37,092 nt of DNA from an uncultured Thermotogae bacterium. Its GTDB lineage: Bacteria; Bipolaricaulota; Bipolaricaulia; M55B111. The position numbers and the translations under genes are program-made. Of the stretch, positions 26,069 to 34,177 are shown in pieces. Within the stretch, counting starts at the first letter, position 1, and each line of letters opens with the position of its first letter. The stretch lies in the NCBI GenBank assembly GCA_964513485.1, contig CAZENJ010000004.1, positions 1-37,092 of the forward strand. The letters are read 5' to 3'. A model generated the notes under the pieces. It was not told the origin of the DNA, searched no databases, and saw only the letters and a list, made by a program, of their open reading frames with translations.

Positions 26069-27283
26069 TTACTGAGAGACCGGTTCCAATTCTTTCTCGA
26101 TAACCGCCCCGAGGCGTTTAATTCCCTCCCTTATTTCCTCGGTGTCGAGCAGAGAATAGGAAAGTCGCATCGTATTTCTTCCGCCTCCGTCGACGAAGAA
26201 GTGATGGCCGGGTACGAAAGCGACGTTTTCCTCCAGGGCCTTATGGAATAAGTCCTCGGCGTCCATACCTTCCGGCAGCGTGACCCAGATGAACAGTCCG
26301 CCGTTTGGCTCCGTCCAGGTAAGGTTTTCAGCGTCGGGGAAACTTCTCTCCATCTCGTCCAGCATTGCATCCCTGTTTTCCCGGTAATAATCGTGCAGTT
26401 CGTCGAGGTGCTCGGCCAGGTCATTGTTGGAGAGCCAATCCCCGGCTATCCATTGGGTCGTCGTGGAGGTACATAGATCCGTTGCCTGTTTCATCGTCAC
26501 CAGTTCCTGGATTAGCTCCTCCGGTCCCACCGTAACGGCGAGTCTCATGCCGGAGGAAAGTATCTTTGAAAGCGAAACGAGCGTGATGACCCGCCCTGTT
26601 CCGTCATACGTCGATATCGGCTTTTTGAAGTCGCCGGAGAACCTGACGCCGAAGTAGGGCGTATCTTCTACCACGACCAGGTCGTGTTCTTCCGCTATTT
26701 CCACGATCCTCTCACGCTTGGCCTCGCTCAGAGTAACCCCGGTCGGGTTTTGAAAATCGGGAATTACGTAGATAAATTTTCCGGTTTTTCCGCCTGACTC
26801 AACTTTCTTAATTTTTTCTTCGAGAACTTCCAGGTCCATGCCGTCTTCTCGGAGAGGAACTCCGGCGGTGTCGGCCTCGAAAGTGGAGAAGGCCTGAACC
26901 GCTCCGAGATAAGTCGGTAGCCCGCAGAAAATGACGTCACCCGGGTCTATAAAGGCTTTGCAGACGAGATCGATTGCCTGCTGCGAGGAATTGGTCGATA
27001 TGATATTTTCCAGTTCGATTTCCATGCCGAAACCGGACAACCACGATATCATTTCCTTGCGAAACTTTTCTACCCCCTCGGTGGTCCCGTATTGCAGGGA
27101 CTTAGTATAATTATTTTTTATCTGCCTGAACGCCGATTCGGCCAGGCCCTCCCTCGGAAAAGTGCTCGGCTTGGGCAAACCCCCGGCAAAAGAGATAACT
27201 TCGGATTGCTTGGTGAATTTTAAGACTTCCCGGATCGCCGACCTGCCCGTGTTTTTTGCTCTTTTAGATAATAAATTTTTCAT
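26069..27283 (-). CDS. PLP-dependent aminotransferase, class I/II (LysN/ARO8-like fold-type I)
   Basis: 404 aa with ...ISFAGGLP..., NPTG, and SLSKILSSGMRL (the PLP lysine context). Confidence 0.88.
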   Translation of the reverse strand: MKNLLSKRAKNTGRSAIREVLKFTKQSEVISFAGGLPKPSTFPREGLAESAFRQIKNNYTKSLQYGTTEGVEKFRKEMISWLSGFGMEIELENIISTNSSQQAIDLVCKAFIDPGDVIFCGLPTYLGAVQAFSTFEADTAGVPLREDGMDLEVLEEKIKKVESGGKTGKFIYVIPDFQNPTGVTLSEAKRERIVEIAEEHDLVVVEDTPYFGVRFSGDFKKPISTYDGTGRVITLVSLSKILSSGMRLAVTVGPEELIQELVTMKQATDLCTSTTTQWIAGDWLSNNDLAEHLDELHDYYRENRDAMLDEMERSFPDAENLTWTEPNGGLFIWVTLPEGMDAEDLFHKALEENVAFVPGHHFFVDGGGRNTMRLSYSLLDTEEIREGIKRLGAVIEKELEPVSQ

Positions 27284-27350
27284 TTTTACCCCTCCATAAT
27301 TTATTTTAACCGGTAGCCTGAAAAAGGCAACTTGAATGATGGAAATGCCT

Positions 27351-29066
27351 CTATGAACCCTGTTGCTTTTTATCCCGGGCCTTTTCCTCTTCCTTTTTCA
27401 ATGTAGTGATGATTCGCTCCCCCACCTCCCGAAATACCTTTCCGGCCGTGGCCCCTCCCCAGACAGGGGTCGTGCCCACTTCGTCGAAGACGATTAATAT
27501 CAGGTAGTCCGGATTCTCTTTCGGGAAAAACCCGACGAAGGAAGAAATGTATTTGTCCTGCGAGTACCCGCCGGCTATTGCCTTTTGTGCCGTCCCCGTC
27601 TTTCCGGAGACGCTATAGCCCGGTATCGCCGCGTCCTGACCCGTGCCGTCCTTGACGACGCTCCTCAACATGTTTTTCATTTCTCTGACGGATTCGGGAG
27701 AAGCAAACAGCCCGCCGATCGTTTCCTCCCTGCTCAGCGAAGTTACCTCATTCCCTTCCGGGGACTCGACTTTGCTGACGATCGTCGGTTTTACCATCTT
27801 GCCTCCGTTGGCCACACCCGCCATCTTGGCCGCCAGCTGTATTGCAGTTACCGATATGCCCTGGCCTATAGGTATCGACCCGATTGACAGGCCGGACCAG
27901 TCCGTGTAGTGTTTCAGAGAGCCCGATTGCTCTCCCGACAGCTCTATCCCGGTTTTCCGGCCGAAACCTACCTTGTTGAGAAAATTATAGAGATTTCTTT
28001 CTCCGAGATCCTGAGATACCCTGATAATCCCCGTATTTATGGAATGTTTTATCACTTCCGAAAAAGGGACGACCCCGTAATCACGGTACTGGGCGTTGTT
28101 TATCGGGTGGTTATAGAGATATATGGGTGAATCCCCGTTTACCATAGTATCCGGCTCCACCGTTCCGTAGTCCAGAGCGGCCAGGCCGGAGAATACTTTT
28201 AGCACCGAACCGGGTTCGAAACTGTTGCTTATCGGTGTAATTTTTCTCTCTTCCGGAGGATAGTTGCTGTAAGAATTTGGATCATAACCCTGATTTGCGG
28301 CCATTCCCAGGACCGCCCCGTTTTTTGGATTCAGGACGACTCCCCAGGCCCTTTTCGCTTTAAATTTTTCAACTCCCTGCTGGAGTTCCTTTTTCAGGAT
28401 ATACTGTATTCTTAGATCCAGCGTCAGGTAGACGTCGTAACCGCTGCGACCCTCGACGAGCGTTTTGCGGCGAAACGGGTAACGGTTGGCGCCGTATATT
28501 ATTCGCTGGACTCTGGGTTCACCGTCCAGAGAATCGTTCATCGAGTATTCTATGCCGGCGAGCCCGTCGCCATCAACGCCGGTAAAACCAACTATCGGGC
28601 CTGCCAGAGTACCGCGGGGGTAGACCCGTTTGTTTGATTCGATCAATATCAGGCCGTCGATACCGGCGTGTTCGGCTCTCCGTTTTATTCTTTTGCCGGT
28701 TTCGTAGCTTACGGATCTGTCTATCCAGGTAAAATAAGATTCCCGGTAGACGAGGGATTCCAGTTTTCTTCTCTGTATCCTCAACTCGTCTATGAGGATA
28801 TCTATCAGCATTTCCGGTTTCGTCATGTTGTAGGAGTCGACAGCTACCTGGTAAGCTTCCCGGTTGAAGGCAAGTAACTGGCCGTTTCTATCGTAGATCC
28901 TGCCTCTTTCCGGCGGGATCTTGATTTTTTGCTCGTGTATCGCCTCCGCCCGCCGCGACCAGGTTTCTCGTTGCAGTATCTGCACGCTAACGAGTCTCCA
29001 GATTACCAGGCCGATCACGACGAATAAGAGGGCTGCTACGAATAAGATCCTGTTTTTTTTGATCAT
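27351..29066 (-). CDS. ftsI: Class B penicillin-binding protein (FtsI/PBP2-type transpeptidase)
   Basis: 571 aa with an N-terminal TM, SxxK in EPGSVLKVF, SxN in KHSINTG and KTG in SGKTGTAQ. It follows ftsL. Confidence 0.9.
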   Translation of the reverse strand: MIKKNRILFVAALLFVVIGLVIWRLVSVQILQRETWSRRAEAIHEQKIKIPPERGRIYDRNGQLLAFNREAYQVAVDSYNMTKPEMLIDILIDELRIQRRKLESLVYRESYFTWIDRSVSYETGKRIKRRAEHAGIDGLILIESNKRVYPRGTLAGPIVGFTGVDGDGLAGIEYSMNDSLDGEPRVQRIIYGANRYPFRRKTLVEGRSGYDVYLTLDLRIQYILKKELQQGVEKFKAKRAWGVVLNPKNGAVLGMAANQGYDPNSYSNYPPEERKITPISNSFEPGSVLKVFSGLAALDYGTVEPDTMVNGDSPIYLYNHPINNAQYRDYGVVPFSEVIKHSINTGIIRVSQDLGERNLYNFLNKVGFGRKTGIELSGEQSGSLKHYTDWSGLSIGSIPIGQGISVTAIQLAAKMAGVANGGKMVKPTIVSKVESPEGNEVTSLSREETIGGLFASPESVREMKNMLRSVVKDGTGQDAAIPGYSVSGKTGTAQKAIAGGYSQDKYISSFVGFFPKENPDYLILIVFDEVGTTPVWGGATAGKVFREVGERIITTLKKEEEKARDKKQQGS

Positions 29067-29115
29067 GATTTCAAATCATCTAATTCTGGGACAGATACTC
29101 GACTTTTTCACGGAT

Positions 29116-29379
29116 CTATTCCTCTTCGGAGAGGCCGGGCTCGATCATTCCGAGTCTCTCCTTTGCTATCCTCTCGATTCTCTCGTAGGAATAGTAGCGC
29201 GCCACCTCGAGTTGAAGCTCTTTTTTTCGCTCTTCCAGAGGGATTAATTTGTCTTCCAGATCGGAGACTCTTCTCTGAAGATAGATAACCTGCCAGCCCT
29301 GCCAGAGGTAGAGGAATATCAACCCGAGGACTACGAGCGTCGTCGCGAGAACTTTCAGCCAGATCGGGATATTATTCAT
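29116..29379 (-). CDS. ftsL: Cell-division protein FtsL
   Basis: A single TM (IWLKVLATTLVVLGLIFLYLW), then a coiled coil, then ...ERIERIAKERLGMIEP. I prefer the ATG at 29379, which overlaps the rsmH stop by 8 nt; the ORF-track GTG is at 29394. It sits between rsmH and ftsI. Confidence 0.72.
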   Translation of the reverse strand: MNNIPIWLKVLATTLVVLGLIFLYLWQGWQVIYLQRRVSDLEDKLIPLEERKKELQLEVARYYSYERIERIAKERLGMIEPGLSEEE

Positions 29380-30367
29380 GTCGACGGGAACCACCGTCCG
29401 TAATTTTCTTTCCCGCCCTCAGCCGGGCGCTTCTGGATCTCGGATTTTCGCCAATTTCCGATTCGTCAGGTCGGACCGCGCCTCCGGTCAGTAATTCGAC
29501 TTCCGCTTCCTTGTCGCAGCGACACACCGGAAGGTCCGGCGGACAGATGCAGTCCCTGGCTTTGTACTTTAAAAAACGCTTGGTCTCCCGATCCTCTAGT
29601 GAATGATAAGAAATAACTACCAACACGCCGCCTTTTTTCAGGCAACCAAATGCCGTTTCCAGTCCCTTCTTCAGATTATTCAGTTCATCGTTGACGGCAA
29701 TCCGCAGTGCCTGGAACGTCTTGGTGGCCGGGTGGATATTTCTCCGTCTTTTTTCACCTTCCGGCAAAGCCGACTCGATCACCCGGACCAGGTCGCGGGT
29801 GGTTTTTATTCTTTTCTGCTTTCTTTGCTTTACGATTTCTTTCGCTATCCCGTCCGCCCATTTCTCTTCTCCGTAACGCAATATCAGTTGTTTCAGCTCC
29901 TCGAACGCATAATTGTTAACTATTTCTTCCGCCGTCAAATCCCCCTCCGGATTCATCCGCATATCGAGGGGACCTTTCTTCTGAAATGAAAAACCTCTTT
30001 CCGGGTCCTCTATCTGGAAGGTGGAGAACCCGAGATCAAAGAGAACCCCGTCCGCGCCGGCAACCCCGACAGCCTCCAGGACTTCATCCAGCCGCGAGTA
30101 GTTTGCCCGGTACAGTTCGACTCGAGCCGGGTAGCCGGAAAGCCTTTCTTTTGCAAAGCGGAGAGCCGATTCGTCCAGATCGAGCCCGATGTATACGCCA
30201 TCGGAGCTTAGCCGGCTGACTATTTCTTCCGCGTGCCCCCCGGTGGAAGTCGTGGCGTCACAGAATACCCCGGACCGTTTCTCCTCCGGTCGAAGGTAAC
30301 CTATTACTTCCTCGACCATAACCGGATCGTGGATTAGCGGGTCTTCCTTTTCCGATTCAGGAATCAT
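29372..30367 (-). CDS. rsmH: 16S rRNA (cytosine1402-N4)-methyltransferase RsmH (MraW)
   Basis: 331 aa with HDPVMVEEV...DATTSTGGHAE...DLGFSTFQ...ISYHSLEDR. Its ATG overlaps the csaB stop by 11 nt. Confidence 0.95.
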   Translation of the reverse strand: MIPESEKEDPLIHDPVMVEEVIGYLRPEEKRSGVFCDATTSTGGHAEEIVSRLSSDGVYIGLDLDESALRFAKERLSGYPARVELYRANYSRLDEVLEAVGVAGADGVLFDLGFSTFQIEDPERGFSFQKKGPLDMRMNPEGDLTAEEIVNNYAFEELKQLILRYGEEKWADGIAKEIVKQRKQKRIKTTRDLVRVIESALPEGEKRRRNIHPATKTFQALRIAVNDELNNLKKGLETAFGCLKKGGVLVVISYHSLEDRETKRFLKYKARDCICPPDLPVCRCDKEAEVELLTGGAVRPDESEIGENPRSRSARLRAGKKITDGGSRRHE

Positions 30368-31475
30368 CTTCCAGTTCCCGGTCTATCCATTCCAGCGCCT
30401 GGTCCAATTTTCTCCTGCCCCGATTACTAATTTTCTTCCTCACCATTGTAGTTGATTTACTCAGCTCAACTTTATGTCTGTAAGTGGTTTCAAGGTCCGA
30501 GAGGTATTCGGTCGCGTTAATCAGCTCCTCCGGATGCCAGAGGGAAAAATTCTGTTCCGGGTCCAGCTCGTTTACGTTTTGGATCAGGTAGTCCATCTTT
30601 GGATCGTAGCTGATACCCTGAACCGGCGTCCCGCTGATGAAGGAAAAGATTAGCGTATGCAGCCTGCCCGCGATGACCAGATCGAGCCCCCGCATCATTT
30701 CTATTAGCTGGGCCGGGGAGAGATGGCCGACGTCTATCACGTTACAGGAGGCATCGGTGGCGGAGGCTATGTCGTCGTTTATCTCCCTGTCGGACGAGGA
30801 GTTGGAGGAAAAGAGGACTATGCTGACGCCAAATTTTTCCTGCAGCATATCCAGACCGCTGGATACCGCCCGCAGAACGTCCGATCGACCTTCGATGTCG
30901 TTTCTCAAAGCGGCGGCGACGATGTCCCTGTTCGGAGAGGGCAGGAAATCGTCCGGATTATTTCGTTTCCCTGGAAGAAAGAAGGCGAGATCTTCACCGG
31001 CAATAATTCTATCCTCCGGCACCCCGAAAGACTTCAGCAGTTCGACGCTATTTTCGTCTCGAACCAGGAAGCCCCGCACGTCTCTCAAGCCATAGTTGAT
31101 CAGGTACTTATTGTACTTTTTGTTGATCGGGCCGATACCCTGACCGATAACGTAAGCCGGGACGGACAGGAGGCGGGCCAGATAAATGATGCCGAGGTAA
31201 TACCAGAGGGAAAAGCTGCTGGTGTTATCCTGGAGCAAGCCTCCGCCGCCGCTGATCAGAACGTCGGTCCTTCTCAGTGTCCGCAGAAGCCCCACCGGTT
31301 TCCAGCGGTCGACGGCCGCCACGCCGTGTCGTTTCTCGGTGCTTTCGGGATCATTGCTCAGGACGACTATCTCGAGTTTATCGGAAGAGTAGCGGCGCTT
31401 CAGGGAATCAACCAGGGATGCCAGTATTGCTTCGTCACCGAGGTTACCGTAACCGTAGTAGCCGGAAATCGTTAT
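30357..31475 (-). CDS. csaB: Polysaccharide pyruvyl transferase, CsaB-like; start codon non-canonical or unresolved
   Basis: ISGGGGLLQDNTS...GQGIGP and the rest fit CsaB. The conserved N-terminus RITISGYYGYGNLGDEAILASLV is in frame upstream of the ORF-track GTG (31322). It has no in-frame ATG/GTG/TTG back to the TGA at 31502-31500. Candidate starts are ATA 31475, ATT 31469 and CTG 31493. Confidence 0.8.
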   Translation of the reverse strand: MTISGYYGYGNLGDEAILASLVDSLKRRYSSDKLEIVVLSNDPESTEKRHGVAAVDRWKPVGLLRTLRRTDVLISGGGGLLQDNTSSFSLWYYLGIIYLARLLSVPAYVIGQGIGPINKKYNKYLINYGLRDVRGFLVRDENSVELLKSFGVPEDRIIAGEDLAFFLPGKRNNPDDFLPSPNRDIVAAALRNDIEGRSDVLRAVSSGLDMLQEKFGVSIVLFSSNSSSDREINDDIASATDASCNVIDVGHLSPAQLIEMMRGLDLVIAGRLHTLIFSFISGTPVQGISYDPKMDYLIQNVNELDPEQNFSLWHPEELINATEYLSDLETTYRHKVELSKSTTMVRKKISNRGRRKLDQALEWIDRELEDDS

Positions 31476-33139
31476 CCTTTTTGGAGTTTCCAGAGGAATT
31501 CACCCCCGACTATCAATAACAGGAAAGCCGCTCCCAGGATTAACCCCCCGGCCAGGCCATTTGCAGTTCTGATAAGGGATACGATAACAGGAGTATGAAT
31601 ATGGGCAAACGTGTTTATAATGGATATCTGGCCCATAAATCCTACCAGGAAGAGAGCGAGCTTGCAAAGCTGCAGCTCATTCCGGTAGCGACCGGCGAGA
31701 TAAAACCAGGCGATGAGGCTGGGATGACCGAGGACGAATTCCTTGAATCTCGGTCTGACGAAGAGGACGTTTTCCAGCCAGCGCCTGATCGCCTCTTCCA
31801 GCTCGGTGCTGCGGAGAAAGGTAAAATTGCCGCTCCGGAAAAGAAGGAAAAGAAATAATCCCAGCAGTAAAGTAGCAAAGACGACCTTTTTGTAGTCAAA
31901 CTTTATCTCCGAGAGGCGGAAGCTGCCCCGGTAGTAAGCCGCAATTACCAGAAGCAGGAGCGGAAAGAAGAGAGAAACCTTGACGCCGCGGAATTGCTGG
32001 AGTTTTAGCATGAATACTTCGTCCAGCATTACCGAGGAGATAATTAGCCCGACCAGGGTAGAGAAGAGGCTCAACTGGACAAGATCCAGAAACGGGTCGA
32101 TGATACCGGGGTCCTCGCGGAAAGACCGACCGTACTGCACAATAAGCTTGTAGCCGACCAGCGGCGCCGATACCGCGAGAATAAGCGCGCCGGCCTGGAC
32201 CGTTAAAATCGGTATTACAAGCAAGCCTGCCATGGAACCGGCAAATGACAGAACTATTACGCCACTTAACCTAATCGGACTCAGGTAGGTTTCAGGAATG
32301 AGTATCCGGATAAACAGCCCGACACTCGCCGCGAGCAGGAGTGCAGTCACGAAAGCCGGGGTTCTCGGGTTCCCGCTCGCGCCCCGGACGGCCTCTAATT
32401 CGCCGCTTTTGTAACCGGTTCCGGAAAGATTTTCTTGAATCGAGGACAAGGTATTCAGCTGTTCGTTCAGGTCGGAACTCGAAGTTATTCTGTATTCTAT
32501 GATTCCAATATTCCTTTCCTGAACGGCCCTTTCGTACCTGGCTTTTTTCTCGATCGGGGTGAGCGTCCCGACCTCCTTGTCGAATACACGGTGGAGGCGA
32601 ACTACCGCTAGATCCCCTCTTTTTGCGAGCCGCCGGACGGTTTCCTGGTTTCGAAACTCCACGGCCCCGAGGACGACTTCGTTTTCGCCCAGCCAGGCTC
32701 CGAGGTGATCCGGGATTTTTGCGGGGGACAGCCCCCGGAGAACGACGAACTCGGGAGCCAGCTTCTTAATGTAGTCGAGGAGGTCGCGGTAATCCTGCTT
32801 TTTTGCCGTCTGCAGGTTCGTTACCTCCAGCCCCCTCGTCACGTCCATCTCTTTTAGTTCGGATACGAGCCCCGGCGGGTTAAATCCGTTTACCTTTCCC
32901 ATATCCTCTCGAAAAAGGACGATCTCGGCCCCGCTTCGCACCAGCTTCTCCGTGAGCCCGGCCGCCGTTTCCCCGAAGATCGGGCTCGCCCTTGCGATAT
33001 CCTGATATCTGACGGCGACAGAATATTGTTTCGTCCCGATATCCCATTGGAGCCTTCTCGCGATCTGATAGGCTGTCAAAGCCAGTACAATCAGGGCGAG
33101 AAGCAGGGCAATAAATTTTAGAGCCTTATTCTTGTTCAT
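31472..33139 (-). CDS. Large polytopic membrane protein: N-terminal anchor, ~270-aa extracytoplasmic domain, multi-TM C-terminal half (DUF5693-like, csaB-associated)
   Basis: I start it at ATG 33139 (MNKNKALKFIALLLALIVLALTAYQI). The ORF-track GTG 33253 adds a non-signal-like extension. The architecture resembles the large membrane proteins I recall next to csaB in other genomes. The family call is from memory, not from an alignment. Confidence 0.7.
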   Translation of the reverse strand: MNKNKALKFIALLLALIVLALTAYQIARRLQWDIGTKQYSVAVRYQDIARASPIFGETAAGLTEKLVRSGAEIVLFREDMGKVNGFNPPGLVSELKEMDVTRGLEVTNLQTAKKQDYRDLLDYIKKLAPEFVVLRGLSPAKIPDHLGAWLGENEVVLGAVEFRNQETVRRLAKRGDLAVVRLHRVFDKEVGTLTPIEKKARYERAVQERNIGIIEYRITSSSDLNEQLNTLSSIQENLSGTGYKSGELEAVRGASGNPRTPAFVTALLLAASVGLFIRILIPETYLSPIRLSGVIVLSFAGSMAGLLVIPILTVQAGALILAVSAPLVGYKLIVQYGRSFREDPGIIDPFLDLVQLSLFSTLVGLIISSVMLDEVFMLKLQQFRGVKVSLFFPLLLLVIAAYYRGSFRLSEIKFDYKKVVFATLLLGLFLFLLFRSGNFTFLRSTELEEAIRRWLENVLFVRPRFKEFVLGHPSLIAWFYLAGRYRNELQLCKLALFLVGFMGQISIINTFAHIHTPVIVSLIRTANGLAGGLILGAAFLLLIVGGEFLWKLQKG

Positions 33140-33245
33140 GATTTGTTGACCTGGATCAGGGAAAAGAATAACCAAAATTCTCCGGTTTTTACAGCGCAGA
33201 TTAAAAGAAGAGTTGACCGAAGGGCTAATCCGACAAGAGGGCTGC

Positions 33246-33357
33246 TTCAGCACCCGGTCTAATAGCGTTGACCAGGCGCCGAAGCATAGCTACGTACTAA
33301 AAGAGCAATCTGTAAGGTGGTTCCGCGTTAGCAGTATATACCAAACCGGGTGCTGAA
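33246..33357. repeat. Perfect 13-bp inverted repeat separated by 86 nt in a divergent intergenic region
   Basis: TTCAGCACCCGGT (33246-33258) and ACCGGGTGCTGAA (33345-33357). All 13 positions are complementary. Confidence 0.6.
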
Positions 33358-33485
33358 ATGGATGACGAGCGAAAGTTCCGGGAGAGGGAGCTGATTGACT
33401 GATCTGGAAGTGGGTCCAAGCGAGGGAGCAGGACGAATTAGAAAGGTCTTTCCCCCGGACCAGTCGCAAAAGAAGAAACTCCCCA

Positions 33486-33514
33486 TTGCAGTAACCTGGT
33501 CTATTCAATATATT
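33486..33514 (+). promoter_or_regulatory. Putative promoter of the DUF134 gene, positioned for a near-leaderless mRNA
   Basis: TTGCAG-17 nt-TATATT. The -10 ends 10 nt before the ATG (33525). There is no SD. Confidence 0.4.
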
Positions 33515-33524
33515 TTTAAGTGAT

Positions 33525-33827
33525 ATGCCAAGAAGAAAAAAGATGAGACATTGTCGGAAGTTCAGGGGCTCGGAAGTATTCAAGCCGGCCGGGGTCCCGA
33601 TGAACCAGCTGCCAACGACCGAAGTGGAGCTGGACGAGCTCGAAGCCATGCGCCTCTGCGATAAGGAGGGTATGGATCAAACGGAAGCTGCCGAGGAGAT
33701 GAATATCTCCCGGGGTACTTTACAGCGGCTACTCTATTCCGGCAGGAAGAAGATCGTCGATAGTTTCATAAATACCAAGGCGATAAGCTTTCAGACCGGT
33801 CCACATATAGAAGAGAGAGAAAATTAG
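33525..33827 (+). CDS. DUF134 (UPF0251) family predicted DNA-binding protein
   Basis: 100 aa reading MPRRKKMRHCRKF...FKPAGVP...ELDELEAMRLCDKEGMDQTEAAEEMNISRGTLQRLLYSGRKKI. This is the characteristic basic N-terminus followed by a sigma-70 region-4-like HTH. Confidence 0.85.
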   Translation: MPRRKKMRHCRKFRGSEVFKPAGVPMNQLPTTEVELDELEAMRLCDKEGMDQTEAAEEMNISRGTLQRLLYSGRKKIVDSFINTKAISFQTGPHIEEREN

Positions 33828-34177
33828 TCGGCGGATCCGGATTTGCTGCGCGAATCGAGCCGGATTTCTTTTATCTTTCCCATTTTGCCTTCTTATCGTT
33901 CTTTTGATTGTCCCAACCCATTGCACCTTTTACCAATGAATAGCTGAGAACGCCCCAGGGCACCTACCCGGTGATGAACCAGCTGGCCAAAGTAAGAACT
34001 GTACCCAGCAGTCAAGCGGCGGCTATTGACTTTTCCGAAAAATGGCAGGCTTGTATTGGGGCGGAGTTGAAGCAAGCATTTAAAAGTGATAAGCTACTTT
34101 ATAAGTTTTGGTTTATCCGAATCTAATTTTTTCAATGTTCTGTGGTCAACCACCGACCACTGTGAAGGAGGTAAAGT

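Noticed and set aside
31472-31482. A programmed -1 frameshift or homopolymer indel at the A5 run (CCAAAAAGGAUAA) that would fuse the 555-aa membrane protein to CsaB.
   Set aside because: The sequence is not a canonical X XXY YYZ slippery heptamer in the upstream frame, and no downstream stimulatory structure is evident. Separate genes with overlapping ends are the norm in this operon. I keep it only as an alternative to test when the junction is re-read.
33316-33386. Resemblance to ykkC/guanidine-I elements: AAGGUGGUUCCG and AAAGUUCCGGGAGAG, against CUAGGGUUCCG and AAAAGCCCGGGAGAG.
   Set aside because: The central GGUCCGAGAG and ACACGG elements are missing, insertions are required, and the neighbouring genes are not of the usual guanidine-related types. 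I treat it as coincidental until a covariance-model search says otherwise.
33399-33427. Local similarity to the TPP (THI-box) riboswitch core: CUGAUCUGGA...AGCGAGGGA, against the consensus CUGAUCUGGAUAAUGCCAGCGUAGGGA.
   Set aside because: The 5' half of the riboswitch (GGGGUGC...GCUGAGA...ACCC, i.e. P2/P3) and a P1 partner are absent. The P5 helix would be imperfect. No thiamine-related gene is adjacent. A chance 10-mer match is plausible in 74 kb of two-strand sequence. It should still be settled with cmscan.
33290-33649. A 119-aa minus-strand ORF spanning the intergenic region and the 5' part of the DUF134 gene.
   Set aside because: It is antisense to a clearly recognisable DUF134 N-terminus, begins with a poly-Ser run, and has no SD or family signal.
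33974-34126. A 50-codon plus-strand ORF (MNQLAKVRTVPSSQAAAIDFSEKWQACIGAELKQAFKSDKLLYKFWFIRI) in the 350-bp gap before the NagB-like gene.
   Set aside because: It has no SD and no recognisable family, and it is below any length at which composition alone is convincing. It could be a gene remnant, but I cannot support it.
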